A DNA stretch of 64,000 nucleotides from an uncultured Verrucomicrobiae bacterium (GTDB taxonomy: Bacteria > Verrucomicrobiota > Verrucomicrobiia > Limisphaerales > JAFGQR01): positions 224,001-288,000 of the forward strand of contig CAWBHS010000057.1 of NCBI GenBank assembly GCA_963788655.1, in the 5' to 3' direction. A program made the translations under genes and the position numbers. Under the pieces are notes generated by a model. It saw nothing but the letters and a program-made list of their open reading frames with translations. It searched no databases and was not told where the DNA came from. Every line of letters starts with the position of its first letter. The stretch's first letter is position 1. Shown in pieces: positions 10,701 to 23,700 of this stretch.

Positions 10701-13700
10701 GGCCACCACCAGATAGCCGTTGGCGGGAACGGTGGTGTTGGTAGGAAACGCGAAATCAATCCCGTCCGTCATCTGCCAGCCGGTCAAATTGATCGTCGTG
10801 CCGCCCCGGTTGTACAATTCCACGTACTCGTCGTTATCGTCGTCGGTGATTGGGTGATACATGATTTCGTTGATCACCAGGCTGGGGAGGCGCAAGCCGG
10901 CATTGGGCGCCCCGGGCGTCTTGGCGGACAGCGGATGGAACATTGGGGCCCCATCGGGATACCGGCCGGTGGCTACGCCGTTCTGTTGACCCTCAAACAT
11001 CACCACATCGACGACGCGGGTCTGGTTCGAGTTGATGAAGAAAATGGTTTCGCCACCGGCATCGAGGGCAAAACCCAGCGTGGTTTCCGTGAAATACACG
11101 AATCCCGTTGGGCCAATGGTAGTGCCGTTGGGAATCCGGAATTTGTTCGTGCTGAAATCGTCACTGAGCCAGCAGCCGGATAAATCCACCGGCGAGGTGC
11201 TGTGGTTGTACAGTTCGATCCAATCCAATTCCGGCAAATCGGTGTGGGCCAGGAACTCGTTAATCTTGACGTTGCGCACTGATTCGTAGCGCACCCCGTC
11301 CACCCGGCCCGGTGACCCGCCGATCAATTCGCTGGGACCCCACGCTTCCACGTGCCCCTCGCCGTACGACGGGCGGGCCAAAACCAGCGAATGTCCTGCG
11401 CCATCGGCCACCACCGGCCACGGCGGCTTGGTGTTGTATTCCACTTCGAGGAGGACGGCGTCCGCGGGGTTGCGCAAGCGGACGGTACCGGATTTGTTGG
11501 AGAGACTGTTCGTGTAAGGCCCGATCACATTCGCAATGCCATAGACGGCTTGAAGATCGGCCGGATTGCGCGCAATCACCAGGAAGGCGCCGCCTTGCAG
11601 GATGGTTCCCGGAGGAAACGTATAACTCAGATCCCCCGTGATGCGGTAGCCACTGATGTCTTCGTAGAAGGGATTGGTGTTGTACAACTCCACGAATTCC
11701 AGACTGCGGCCATCAGCACGGGGCGCCGGGTGATACATGATTTCACTGAACACCAACGCCGTGCGACGGGACGACGGACCCAACGGTTCGGTGGTAATCG
11801 GCAGCAGCCCCACCACCTCGCCTGAGCAGTCACTGAAATCCCGGAATTGTGCGCTCACGCTTTGCTCCGGACTGTGGCTGGCGACGGCGAAGCCCAGGTA
11901 GATGGTCGAGGACACCGACAGATAAGCGGTGCCGAGCAGCGTCCAAGTGTGACCATCATAGCTGGCGTAGCCATTGAAGCGGGTGCCACCCACGCGTTCG
12001 AGCCGCAACCACGTGGCCGGGTAGTTCACCGGGAACGTGCCCATTGCCTGTGGCAGCGCGCCCGTGTTGGTGCGCGCCTGGAAGAACGTGCCCACGATAC
12101 TGGGCGTGCAAAACACCCCCGCATACCGACTGTTGGTGCCCAAATCTTCCCGCGCCATTAAACCCGCCATGGTCCACGGATCGGCAAAGTCCAGGCCCTG
12201 CACCCGCACCTTCACATCAAAATCCCCCCGGCGCTGTTGGTAGCCAAAGTTAAATAGATCGCTGGCGCTGTTCAGATCGCCGCCGGCAACGGTCATGTCC
12301 ACCCCGGTGCCCGCAAACACCAGCGAACCCGGTTGGGACACCGTCCCGATGTCTTGCGGAAAGAAATCAGCCGCCAGGAAAGTGAACGGTGAGTTCGCCG
12401 CGATCATGTTCGCAGCGACGGCCCGGTCGCGCACCCCGCTGACGGTGATCGTGTAGTCGGTACCAAACGTCAGCGGCCCGGTGCTGAGGGTCACGGCACG
12501 ATAGTCGCCACTCAACGTCGCGGACACAAGGTCCACTCCCGGGATGTTGTAGTTGGCCAATTGGGTGGCTGACGCAGTCTCGACGGGTTCGGTAAAATAA
12601 ACCACCACATGGTTGGCACCGTCGTTGTACACATTGGCCAGCGCGGGCGGCGTCACGTCCGCCGCGACATTCAACGTGGCGGCCACGGTATTGGTGGTCC
12701 CGACAGGATTGGACAACACGCATCGAAAGGTCGCGCCATTATCAGCGAGGGCCACCATCGAAAGGGTGTAGGCGGCGTTCGTGGCGCCGGAAATATTCAG
12801 GCCGTTTTTCTGCCATTGGAAGGCGACCGGATCCAGGTTACTGACCGCGGCGTTAAAGGTCACCGTGGCGCCCTCGACCACATTGGTGGTGGCGGGTTCC
12901 AAAACAATGAGCGGCAGGGTCATGCCATAAGGCGTGCAGCGAGCCGCCGGAATGGGTTCCTCGAACGTCCCGTCAGGCAATTGCCAGCGCACCGCCAAAT
13001 GGTCGGGTGGGTACCCGCCGGAAACGGCGAATTGCGACAAGGCCTCGAGGTAGTATTGCTGGCCGGCGACCAAGGGAATGACCACGGACTTTTGGTTGGG
13101 TTGCAAGCCCCATTGCCGCGAGGACACAGTACGTGTCCGCGATTACCGACGCAATTTGCCGCGCGCTCGCCGGATTCTCATTGGTGCCCAGCAACAGGAT
13201 GCCGGTATCGTCCGCCGCGATCCAGAAGGTGTAGTCGCCAGTAACCGGCGGCAGGAGCCGGGCACGCAACCGCTGTCCGTAATTGTTGAGCAGCCAACCC
13301 GGAGTCTCGAACGCATTGGTCAACAGTTCGACGCTGGTCGGCGAATTCGGGTACGCCGGGCTATTGGTTAAATCGGACACAAAACGGCTCGCCACTCCGG
13401 TAAAAATTTCGCGGTAGATACCCTTCAACTGCACCGTGAAGGTCCAAGGCGAATTGGCGGCAATCGCGTTCCGCGCGGCGGCCCGATCCCGGACATTTTT
13501 GACCGTGAGCAGGTAGGCCGTGCCGCGCACCAGGGGTGAAGTCGTCAGACGCACTTCACGCGTCGTCGCGCCCATCACGGCCTTGCTGACGGTCGCGCCG
13601 TTGTTGAGGGTGTAATTGGCGGCGTTGGTGGCGGTGTTCAGTTCCACCGGCTCGCTGAAGAGCACCTGCACCGTGTTCGTGGTAAGGTTGGCCGCGCTGG

Positions 13701-14643
13701 AAAAGACCGGGGCAATGGTGTCCGGGAGCACGGTCAGAATGGCTTCGCTCGAGGTTTGCACGCCGAAGATGTTGCTGACCACGCAACGGAACCGTGCGCC
13801 GTTGTCATTGGTGGTCACCGCCGAAAGCGTGTAGGTGGCGCCGGTGATCCCGGAGAGCACCCCACCGTCGCGCTGCCACTGGTAACCCACCGCATCCAGG
13901 TTGGCTACTTCCACGTGGAAACTGGCCGGCGCATTCTCCAGCACGGTGGTCGAGGAGGGCTGCCGCAACAGCACGGGTTGGGTCGAGGGCGCGGCACCAA
14001 AAGGGAGCAGCCGCGTGGCTGGCATCGGCAGTTCCATGGTGCCATCGGGAAGCTTCCAGCCGACGTTGAGGAAATCGTATCCCAAGCCCGCGCTTTGCAG
14101 CGCTTCGATGTAATAGCGTTTGCCGGCTTCGAGATAGATGCTGGGTGATTGCTGGCTGGGATGATTGAAATAGGTACCGTAGGTCACGGTATTGGTCACC
14201 ATGCCAATGAGTTGTTTGTTGGCCGGACTCTCGTCCGTGCTCAAGAGCAGTTGGCCGGTGTCATCAGCGGCAATCCAAAACACGTACGTGCCCGACACCG
14301 GTGGCACCACCAACGCGCGCAACCGCTGCCCGTAATAGTCACCGTATTGAAGCGGCGTCGTGAATTCATTGGTCAGCACCTCGGTGAACGTGGGGAAATC
14401 GGGGAAGCTGGAATCGTTCGTCAACCCCAGCAGCGAACTACTGATGAGCCCGGTATAGACCTGGCGGTAAACGCCGTACGATTGGCCCCAAGCCGGTGTC
14501 CCCGCTCCCAGCAGGAGCAGCAGCGCGGCGAGCAGGCCGCGCCATCCGCTGAATATCCTGGCGACCGGGCGGTGGCGCCGCGCTTCGCTTCCCATCGCTC
14601 GGGGAGTTTGTGGTCTCGCCAAGCGTCTCATGTGCAATTGCAT
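4718..14643 (-). CDS. Giant secreted CotH-kinase family protein (~3,300 aa): PA14 x2, Ig/Big, ConA-like, lamin-tail domains, CBM-like, CotH, cadherin-like Ig x2, dockerin-like, cohesin-like, RFYR tail; split by 2 frameshifts (~13130, ~8680)
   Basis: Joins ORFs 12973..14685, 8613..13127 and 4718..8851. SD AGAAAGG precedes ATG 14643. PA14 motifs (YGQRLRA..PPxSGxYxFWIAADD), repeated LTD starts (V(I/F)(N/S)EIMYHP, INEWMASN), CotH-like ERIINNTD...SWRFFIWDIDAAF across the second frameshift. Confidence 0.8.
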
Positions 14644-14710
14644 AAATGACCTTTCTAAAGGTTGATCCCTCCCTGGACCGACCACGTTCTTGTCTTAACG
14701 AATGATCGGA

Positions 14711-17700
14711 TCAATACTCCACGACTTGATAGAACCTTTGAACTTGTTTGCCCTCAGGATCTTCGATGGCAGCCGTCGTGGCCGTCAGGGTCAGTTGGCC
14801 CGCCACCAGGTTCCAGTCGGGGTCCGATAGGTTGTCTTTGTAATAAATTCGATACGTCTTGCCGGGCAGGGTATCCCAGGTCAGCACCACCGTGGTGTTG
14901 TTGATCACCAGGTTGGGCCGAATGGTGCCGGTCGGTTCCTCGGGAATCGTGCTGGAAACAAATTCCACTTCGTCCACCCAGGCCGCGTCTTGACCGGTCG
15001 CGCCACTGGCATTCTTCGAATAACGCCACTTCAATAGTTGCGTGCCGGACGGCACCGGGAAGGTCAGCCATTGCCAATCGACTTCGCCGGTCAGGCGCGC
15101 CTGTTCGAAGTTGCCCACGTAGAATCGCAATTGATCGACATTCGTTTCCGAAGACACCTTCCACCAGAAGCTGACCGTGCCCGGGCCTTCGACCCAGGTT
15201 TCCAAACGGGTGTTCTGACCGTCCGTAATCGGACCGCTGCGCGCGGCGTCCACGCCGTCGTGGGTCACGCTCGTCTGCGTGAACCAGGAGGCATCGCCCA
15301 CCAGGTCGAAGGTCAGATACGGCGCGTTCAACGCATCCGCCACCGTGATGATGTCCAGGAACGCGGCGGCGCTGGGCACGACGCCGATCGCGTTGCTCAC
15401 GACCACCGAGTAATCACCTTCCTGGGCGGCCACCACGTTGCTCAAGGTCAAGGTAGCCGTCGTGGTGCCGCGGACGTCGCCGCTCTCAACGAGGTTGGTC
15501 CCGTTGAATTGCCATTGATAGCTCAGCGGCAACGTGCCGGCGGCGACCACGTTGAAAGTTGTCGTTTCGCCCGTGCTTGCTCGGGCGCTGGCCGGTTGGC
15601 GGGTAATCACCGGACCGGTGCTCGCCGAGCCAACCGTCAACACGGCCCCGTCACTGGTCACGGTGCCGGCGCCGTTGCTCACCACCAGCGAATAGGTGCC
15701 CGCTTGGCCCGGTTGCACGTTGGCCAGGGTCAACGTGGGGGTCGTCGCCCCGGAGGCACCCGCACCATTGAGCAACCCGGCGCCATCAAAGAGCCATTGG
15801 TACGTCAGCGGCAACGAACCAGTCGCCTCGACGCTGAAGACCAGCGTCGCGCCGGCGCTTTCGTTCCGGCTGGCGGGTTGCACCGTGATGGCCGGCGCGG
15901 TCAGGGCGCCGGTTGGCGCGTATTCCACCTGGTCCACCCACGCCGCATCCTGGCCGGCCGAACCGCTGGCGTCCTTCGAGTAACGCCACTTCAGCAGGTT
16001 CGTTCCGGCCGGCACGTCGAAGGTCAGTTGCTGCCAATCCACTTCGCCGGAAATGCGCGCCTGTTCGTCGGCGCCCACGTAGAACCGCAATTGATCGTTG
16101 TTCGCTTCGGACGACACTTTCCACCAGAAGCTCACCGTGCCGGGACCTTCAACCCAGGTTTCCAGACGGGTGTTTTGCCCATCGGGAATGACTCCGCTTT
16201 GGGCTGCATCCAGGCCGTCGTGGGTAACGTTGGTTTGGGCCACCCAGGCGGTATAGCCCGCCATACTTAAAGTCAGGTACGGCGCATCCACTGCTTCGGG
16301 CAGGGTCAGGACGGTCAAGAGGGCGCTGGCGCTGGTGACGCTGCCCAACGCATTGTTGATCACGACCGAGTAGTTGCCGGTCTCGGTACCCTGCACATTA
16401 TTCAACGTGAGGGTCGGGGTGGTCACCCCACTGGCAGCGCCACCGTCTTCCAGATTGGTTCCGTTGAACTGCCATTGATAGGTGAACGGTGCGGTGCCCG
16501 TGACCACAACGTCGAAGCTGACCGTGGCCCCCTCACCCACCCGATCACCCGAAGGTTGGCGAATGATGACCGGCGCACTGGGTCCGCCGGTGGGAATGAA
16601 CTGAACTTCATCCACCCAGCCCGCGTCCTGGCCCGCCACGCCGCTGGCGTCCTTCGAATAACGCCACTTGAGCAACTGGATACCGTTGGGCACGTCAAAG
16701 GTGAGCTGTTGCCAGCCGGTTTCGCCGCTGATGCGGGCCAACTCGGTGCTGCTCAGGTAAAACCGTAATTGATCATTGTTGGTTTCCGACGAAACCTTCC
16801 ACCAGAAGCTGAGGAGCCCCGGTCCATTCACCCACGTTTCCAGCCGCGTATTCTGGCCATTGGCAATCACCCCGCTGCGCGCCGCATCGACGCCGTCATG
16901 CGACAAGGCCGATTGCGCAATCCAGGAGGCGTCACCGCCCTGGGTCAAATTCAATTGCAGGTCGTCCACCGCTTCGGCCAGCGTGATCACGGTCAAGTGG
17001 GTGGAAGGGCTGGTGACACTGCCCACGGAATTGCTCACCACCACCGAGTAGTCGCCTTCCTGGGCGGCCAACACGTGGTTGATCGTCAGGCTGGGTGAGG
17101 TCGCACCGCTCACGTTGCCGTCACTGGTCAGGTCCACGCCGTTGAACCGCCATTGATAACCGAGCGGCTCCGTGCCGATGGCGCCCACGGTGAGCGTAAT
17201 GTCCAAGCCCTCCATAATGGTTTGTTTCGTGGGCGGACTGGCGATGACGGGCGGAGTCGGAATCGCGGCGGAGACAAACACGACTTCATCGACCCAACCC
17301 CGATCCTGCCCCACCGCCAGGCTGCCGTTCTTGGCGTAGGCCCATTCGAGAACCACGGCGCCGGCCGGCAGGCCAAAGGAGCGCCATTCCCAATCGACTT
17401 CGCCGGAGATGCGCGCTTTCTCGGAACCGTTCACGGAAAACCGCACAATGTCGTTGCCGGGTTCGGACGAAACCTTCCACCAAAAGCCGATGATGCCCGG
17501 GCCGGTGACGGTGGTTTGGAAGGCGGTCACCTGGCTGTTGGCAATCGCGCCGCTGCGCGCGGCATCGACGCCGTCGTGCATGACGTTGGTCTGGCCCACC
17601 CACGGCGGGAAGCCCGATTTCGTCCACACCCAGTCCGGAGTTTCGAGGGCTTCGGCCAGGCCCATCACCGGGGTGACCGTGAGCACGGCGTTGGCACTGG

Positions 17701-20700
17701 TCACACTGCCGGCGGCGTTGCTGACGATCACGGAGTATGTGCCGGCCAACGCCAACTGCGCGCTGCTCAACAGCAGCGTGGCGTTGGTGGCGCCGGTCAC
17801 GGTGCCGCCGTCCATCAGGTTGGTCCCGTTGTGCCGCCATTGATACGCCAAGGGGGGCGTGCCGGACGCCACCACCGTGAACGTGGCGGGCAGTTCCTCG
17901 TCCACGGTGGCGCTGGCGGGTTGCTGCGCAATCGTCGGAACCAAGGGCAAAAACTGGACCTGATCCACCCAACCCCGGTCCTGGCCGGCGGTCACGCTGC
18001 TGTTCTTGTAATAGCGCCATTCCAATTCGTGGCTGCCGGCGGTGAGGGCCAAGATCTGCTGCTGCCAATCCACTTCACCGGAAATCGTCACGGTCGAGGA
18101 GCCGTCCAGGTAAAACCGCAAGCGGTCGTTGCTGGGTTCCGAGGAAACCTTCCACCACCAACTCAGCGTGCCGGGCCCGGTGACGGTCGTGGTCAAATAA
18201 CTGCTTTGACCGTCCTGAACGGTGCCGCTCCAGGCCGCATCAATCCCGTCATGGGTTTGGATCGGCTGCCCCTGCCACAGGGCATCACCGGTGGTGGTCC
18301 AGATCCAATTGGTGGTGTCCAGCGCCTCCGCCAATGGCAGCACCTCATAGACGTTCAACAGGGCGTTGGAACTGACGACCGAGCTTTCCGTATTGCTCAC
18401 TTCGACCGAGTAATTGCCGGCCTGGGCCATTTGCGCGTTGGTCAACACCAGGCTCGCCGTGGTAGCGCCCGTGATGCCCGCGCCGTCCACCAAATTAGTG
18501 CCATTAAATCGCCATTGGTAATTGAGCCCGATGCCGCTGGCGCCCACGCTGAAGGTCGCCGTTTCGCCCGTGCCCACGGTCTGGTCTTGCGGCTGGGTGT
18601 TGATGTTGGCGTCCGTATTGACACTCAACAACGCCTCGGGGCTGATGGCGGTGCCCGACGTGTTCCAGACCACCACGGAATAGATTCCCGCCTGGGCCGG
18701 CTGCACGTTGGCCAACCGTAGCGTAGCGGTAGTGGTGCCGCTCACGTCGCCGCCATTGACCAAGTCAATCCCGTTGAACTGCCACTGGTAGGACAACGGC
18801 TGCGTGCCACCGGCGCCCACTCCGAACGTAGCAGTGCTGCCGACGCCCACGGTTTGACTGAAGGGCGGGCTGATGATGATCGGGCCGAGGGAACCTTCGG
18901 TGAATTGCACTTGATCGACCCAGCCCCGGTCCTGCCCGAGAGTGGTGCTGCCGTTCTTGGAATAGCGCCATTCCAAATCATGATTGCCCGAACCCAATTC
19001 CACCATTTGCCACTGCCAATCGACTTCGCCGGAAATCGTCAACGAAGTGGAGCCATCCACGTAAAGCCGCAACCGGTCGTTGCTGGGTTCGGACGAAACC
19101 TTCCACCAAAAGCTGACCGTGCCGGGGCCGGCGACGGTGGTGAACATGGACGAGCTCTGCCCATCGGCGATGATGCCACTGCGGCCGCCATCCACGCCGT
19201 CGTGCATGACATTGGTTTCGCCCACCCAGGGCAACGAGCCGCCCGTAGTCCACGTCCAAGTGGGCGTGTCCAGAGCATCCGCCAGCGGCAGGCCGCGAAT
19301 CACCGTCAGAACCGCGTTGGAACTGAGCACCCGGGCGGCGGCGTTGGTCACGACCAACCGGTAAATGCCGGCCTGATCAAGGCGGACGTTGGTCAGCTTA
19401 AGCGTATTCTTGGTGGCGCCGCTAATGTCGAGCCCATCGACCAGATTAATGTTGTTGAGCTGCCAGTGGTAGTCCAAGGGGGCGGTGCCCGTGGCGGCGG
19501 CGGTGAACGTCACGGACGCGCCTTCATCGACCGTCAGGCTCAGGGGTTGCTGAGCGTGTACACGGGCGGAAAGATGGGCGCGTATTGTATCTGGTCCACC
19601 CAGGCCTGGTCTTCACCCTGCGTGACGCTCCCATTCTTCATGTAGCGCCAGCGCAACGACTGCCAGCCGGGCGGCACATCGAAGGTCATTTGGACCCAGT
19701 TGGTGTTGATGCCCGAGGTGCTGTCCAGGTCCACGCCCCCGACATAGAACCGCATCCGGTCCAGCAAGTTTTCCGAGGAAATTTTCCACCAGAACGTCAC
19801 GCGGCCCGGTCCGTTGACGTAAGTTTCCATCCAGCTTTCCTGTTCATCGATGATCGTACCGCTCTCCATGCACGTGCCGCCGGCGTGCGCGTAGTTGGTT
19901 GGCCACTTGCCAATAGGCGTCGCCGCCGGTGATCCAATGGCCATTCCAAAGCTGCCCAGTGGTTTCCAGGGCGTCAGAGATCGGCTGGCCGGGAAACAAG
20001 GTGAGCGTCACATTGGTGCTGATGTCGCGGCCGCCGGGATTTTCCACGATCACCGAATAGTCGCCAGCATTCACAGGTTGGACATTCGAGACAATCATCG
20101 TGGAATTGGTGGAGAAAACTATCGTGCCATTATCGAAGAGCAAATTGCCATTGAAGCGCCAACGGTAATCAAACGGACGCGTCCCAATGGCGCTCACCTT
20201 GAACGTCGCCGAGGCACCCAGTTCCGCCAGGACCGGCATCGGCGGAGTGTCGATCACGGGTGCCGCCGGACCAAAGCTCACCTGGTCGAGCCAGGCCCGG
20301 TCCTGGCCGGCGCTGCCACTGGCGTCTTTCATGTACTGCCAACGCAATACCTGACTGACGTTGGTGACCTCGAAGGTGCGCCACTGCCAGTCCACCTCAC
20401 CGGAGATGTTCAGCTTCTCGACGCCATCCACCTGGAAACTCAACCGGTCGCGGTTGGCCTCCGACGAAACCTTCCACCAAAAACTGACGGCGCCCGGCCC
20501 CACCACGGTTTCCACATAATTAGACTGGCCATTGGGAATGGGGCCGCTTTCCGCGGCATCCAGCCAATCGTAATTGACAGCGCTTTGACCCACCCAGGGC
20601 GAATAGCCGCCCAGCGACCAACCCCAAATTGGCGTATCCACGGCCTCGGCCACGGAGATCACCGGAATAATCGTCAGCAGGGCATTCGGTACTGATGGCC

Positions 20701-23700
20701 AGACTGTAGGGATTGCGCACCACGACCGAATACGAGCCTTCGTCGGCGGCCTGTACATTGGCCAGAGTCAGCGTGGGAGTGGTCGCCCCGCTGACATTGA
20801 CGCTGTCGGCCAGGTTCACTCCGTTCACGCGCCATTGGTAACTCAACGGCGCCGAACCCACGGCGGCTGAATTGAAGGTAACCGTGGCGCCGGGGCCAAT
20901 GTTCTTGTTGACCGGCTGAACCGTAAGCACCGGCGGGGTGGGGCCGGACGAAGGAATGTACTGCACCTGGTCCACCCAGCCGCGATCCTGCCCGTTGGAT
21001 CCGCTAACGTCTTTGGCATAAACCCAGCGTAACACTTGGTTGCCCGCCGGCAGTTCAAAGGTGAGCCATTGCCAATCAACTTCCCCCGAGATCGCCGCCA
21101 AACTGGCGTCATTGACCGTGAACTGCAACACATCCCGATTGGTTTCCGAAGAAACCTTCCACCAGAACCGGATGGTGCCCGGCCCGGTGAGCGCCACCTC
21201 AAGACTGGTGATCTGACCATTCCCGATGGCACCGCTGCGGGCGGCGTCGATGCCATCGTGTGACAAGTTGGTCTGGGCCACCCAGGGCGTGGTCAGACTG
21301 GTGAGCCAATTCAAGTAGGTGGCGTTGACCGCTTCCGCCAAGGTCAACGCCGCGGCGACGGAGAGATTGGCCGGGGTACTGATGGCGGCGCCGCACCGCG
21401 TTGCTCACGACTACCGTGTAGGCTCCCGCGTGGGCGGAGCGCACGTTCGAGATGATCAGATGAGGGGTGGTCGCGCCGCTGATACTGCCACCGTCCACCA
21501 GTTGTTCCCCGTTGAACCACCACTGATAACTTAGCGGCGGCGTGCCCGAAGCGGCCACGGTGAAGGACACCGTGGCGCCTTCGCTCACGCTTTGACCGAG
21601 CGGACTGCTGGTAATTTGCGGCGGGGTGAACACCGCCAGATGCGCATCGGCACTGGCCACACTGCCCACGGCGTTCGCGACCATCACCGAATAGGCGCCG
21701 GCCTGTTCGGCCTGCGCGTTGCCCAGCGTCAGCGTCGGTGTGGTGGCGCCACCAACACTACCGCCGTCATTCAGGTTCATCCCGTTGAATCGCCATTGGT
21801 ACGTCAACGGCGCCGTGCCGCTGGCCTCGACCGAAAAGACCACGTTGCTGCCCGCCTGCACATTCAAATTCAAAGGCTCAGTGACAATGTCCGGCGGCGT
21901 ACTCACGGTCAGCAATCCGTAAACCTTTTCATGGGTCACCTTGGTTTGCGCGATCCAGGACGCGTCACCGCCCATGCTCAATGTCAAATACGGTGCGTCC
22001 ACCGCGTTGGGCAAGGTCAATACAGTCAACACGGCTTGAGCGCTGGTCGTCATACCGCTCGCGTTGCTGACCACCACCGAGTAATGGCCGGCGTCAACCG
22101 CCTGCGCATCGTTTAACATCAAGGTGGCCGTCGTGGCGCCGTTGATCGAACCGCCATCGGCCAGCGGCATTCCCGCGCGCTGCCATTGGTAGCTCAACGG
22201 CGCCGTGCCGGCGGCTTCCACGGTGAAGCTGACTGCCGCGCCTTCGCCGACACGTTGGTTGGCGGGCTGCGTCGTAATCAACGGAGCCACCGTCACTGCC
22301 GGAGTATATTGAACCTGGTCCACCCAGGCCGCATCCCGACCGCCGGTGTTGGCGTCGTCTTTTGAATAACGCCACTTGAGCAATTGGATGCCGGCCGGCA
22401 CGGCAAAGGTCTGCTGCCGCCAATCCATTTCGCCGGAGATGCGCGCCTGCTCGATGCTGCCCACATAGAACCGCAATTGATCCTTGTCCTGCTCCGAAGA
22501 AACCTTCCACCAAAAGCTCACAGTGCCGGGGCCTTCGACCCACGTTTCCAAACGCGTGTTCTGACCGTTGGTGATGACCCCGCTGCGCGCCGCATCCGCC
22601 GCGTCGTGCGCAAATTCAGCTTGCGGAATCCAGGCGGCGTCGCCGGCCACGTCCATCGTCAGAGCGGGGGCATCCACCGCTTCGGCCAAGGTCAGGGTCG
22701 TCAGCAGCGCGTTGGGGCTGGTAACGCTGCCCACCGCGTTGGTGACTACCACCGTGTAGCGCCCGGCCTGGGCCGTGGTCACATTGGTCAACGTGAGGGT
22801 GGCGGTGTTGGCGCCGCTGATCTGTTCGCCATCGAAGAGGTTCGTGCCGTTAAGTTGCCATTGGTAATTCAAGGGGGACGTTCCGCTGGCCTCGACGTTG
22901 TAAGTAACGGTCGCCCCCGCGGGCACGCTTTGGTTTAATGGCGCACGGGTGATGATGGGCACGGTCGGACCGCCGTCGGGGAGATATTCCACCTGATCCA
23001 CCCACCCGGCGTCCTGCCCCCCGGTGCCGGTGTCGTCCTTCGAATAACGCCACTTGAGCAACTGGAGGCCGGCCGGCACCGGATACGATTGCCATTGCCA
23101 ATCGGTTTCCCCGCTAATGCGAGCCATTTCGTCGTTGCCCACGTAGAAGCGCAATTGGTCGTTCTCCGGTTCCGAGGAAACCTTCCACCAGAAGCTGACT
23201 GTGCCGGACCTTCGACCCAGGTTTCCAGCCGCGTGTTCTGGCCATCGGTGATCAAACCACTGCGGGCCGAGTCGGGCCGGGCAACCGCGCCTTCCACGTC
23301 TTCGCTGCTGGCGGAGCCGGCGTCGTTGCTCACGCGCACCGAATAGATGCCCGCTTGCGCGGACTGCACGCCGGTGATCGTCAACGCGCTGCTCGTGGCG
23401 CCACTGATGCGGCCGCCATTGACCAGATTGGTACCGTCGTATTGCCACTGGTACTGAAGCGGGGCCTGGCCCAGGGCGCCAACGGTGAAGGTGACCGTGT
23501 CGCCCGCAACCACGCTGAAGCTGTCCGGTTGTTTGGTAATCACCGGAGCCGTGATCAACGACAGAGAGGCATTGGGACTGATCGCGGTACCCACCGCGTT
23601 GGTGACCACCACCGAGTAAGCCCCCGCCTCGGCCTCCTGCACGTTGCTCAACGTCAGGATGTCACTGGTGGCGCCGCTGAGGTTGCCGCCATCGACCAGG

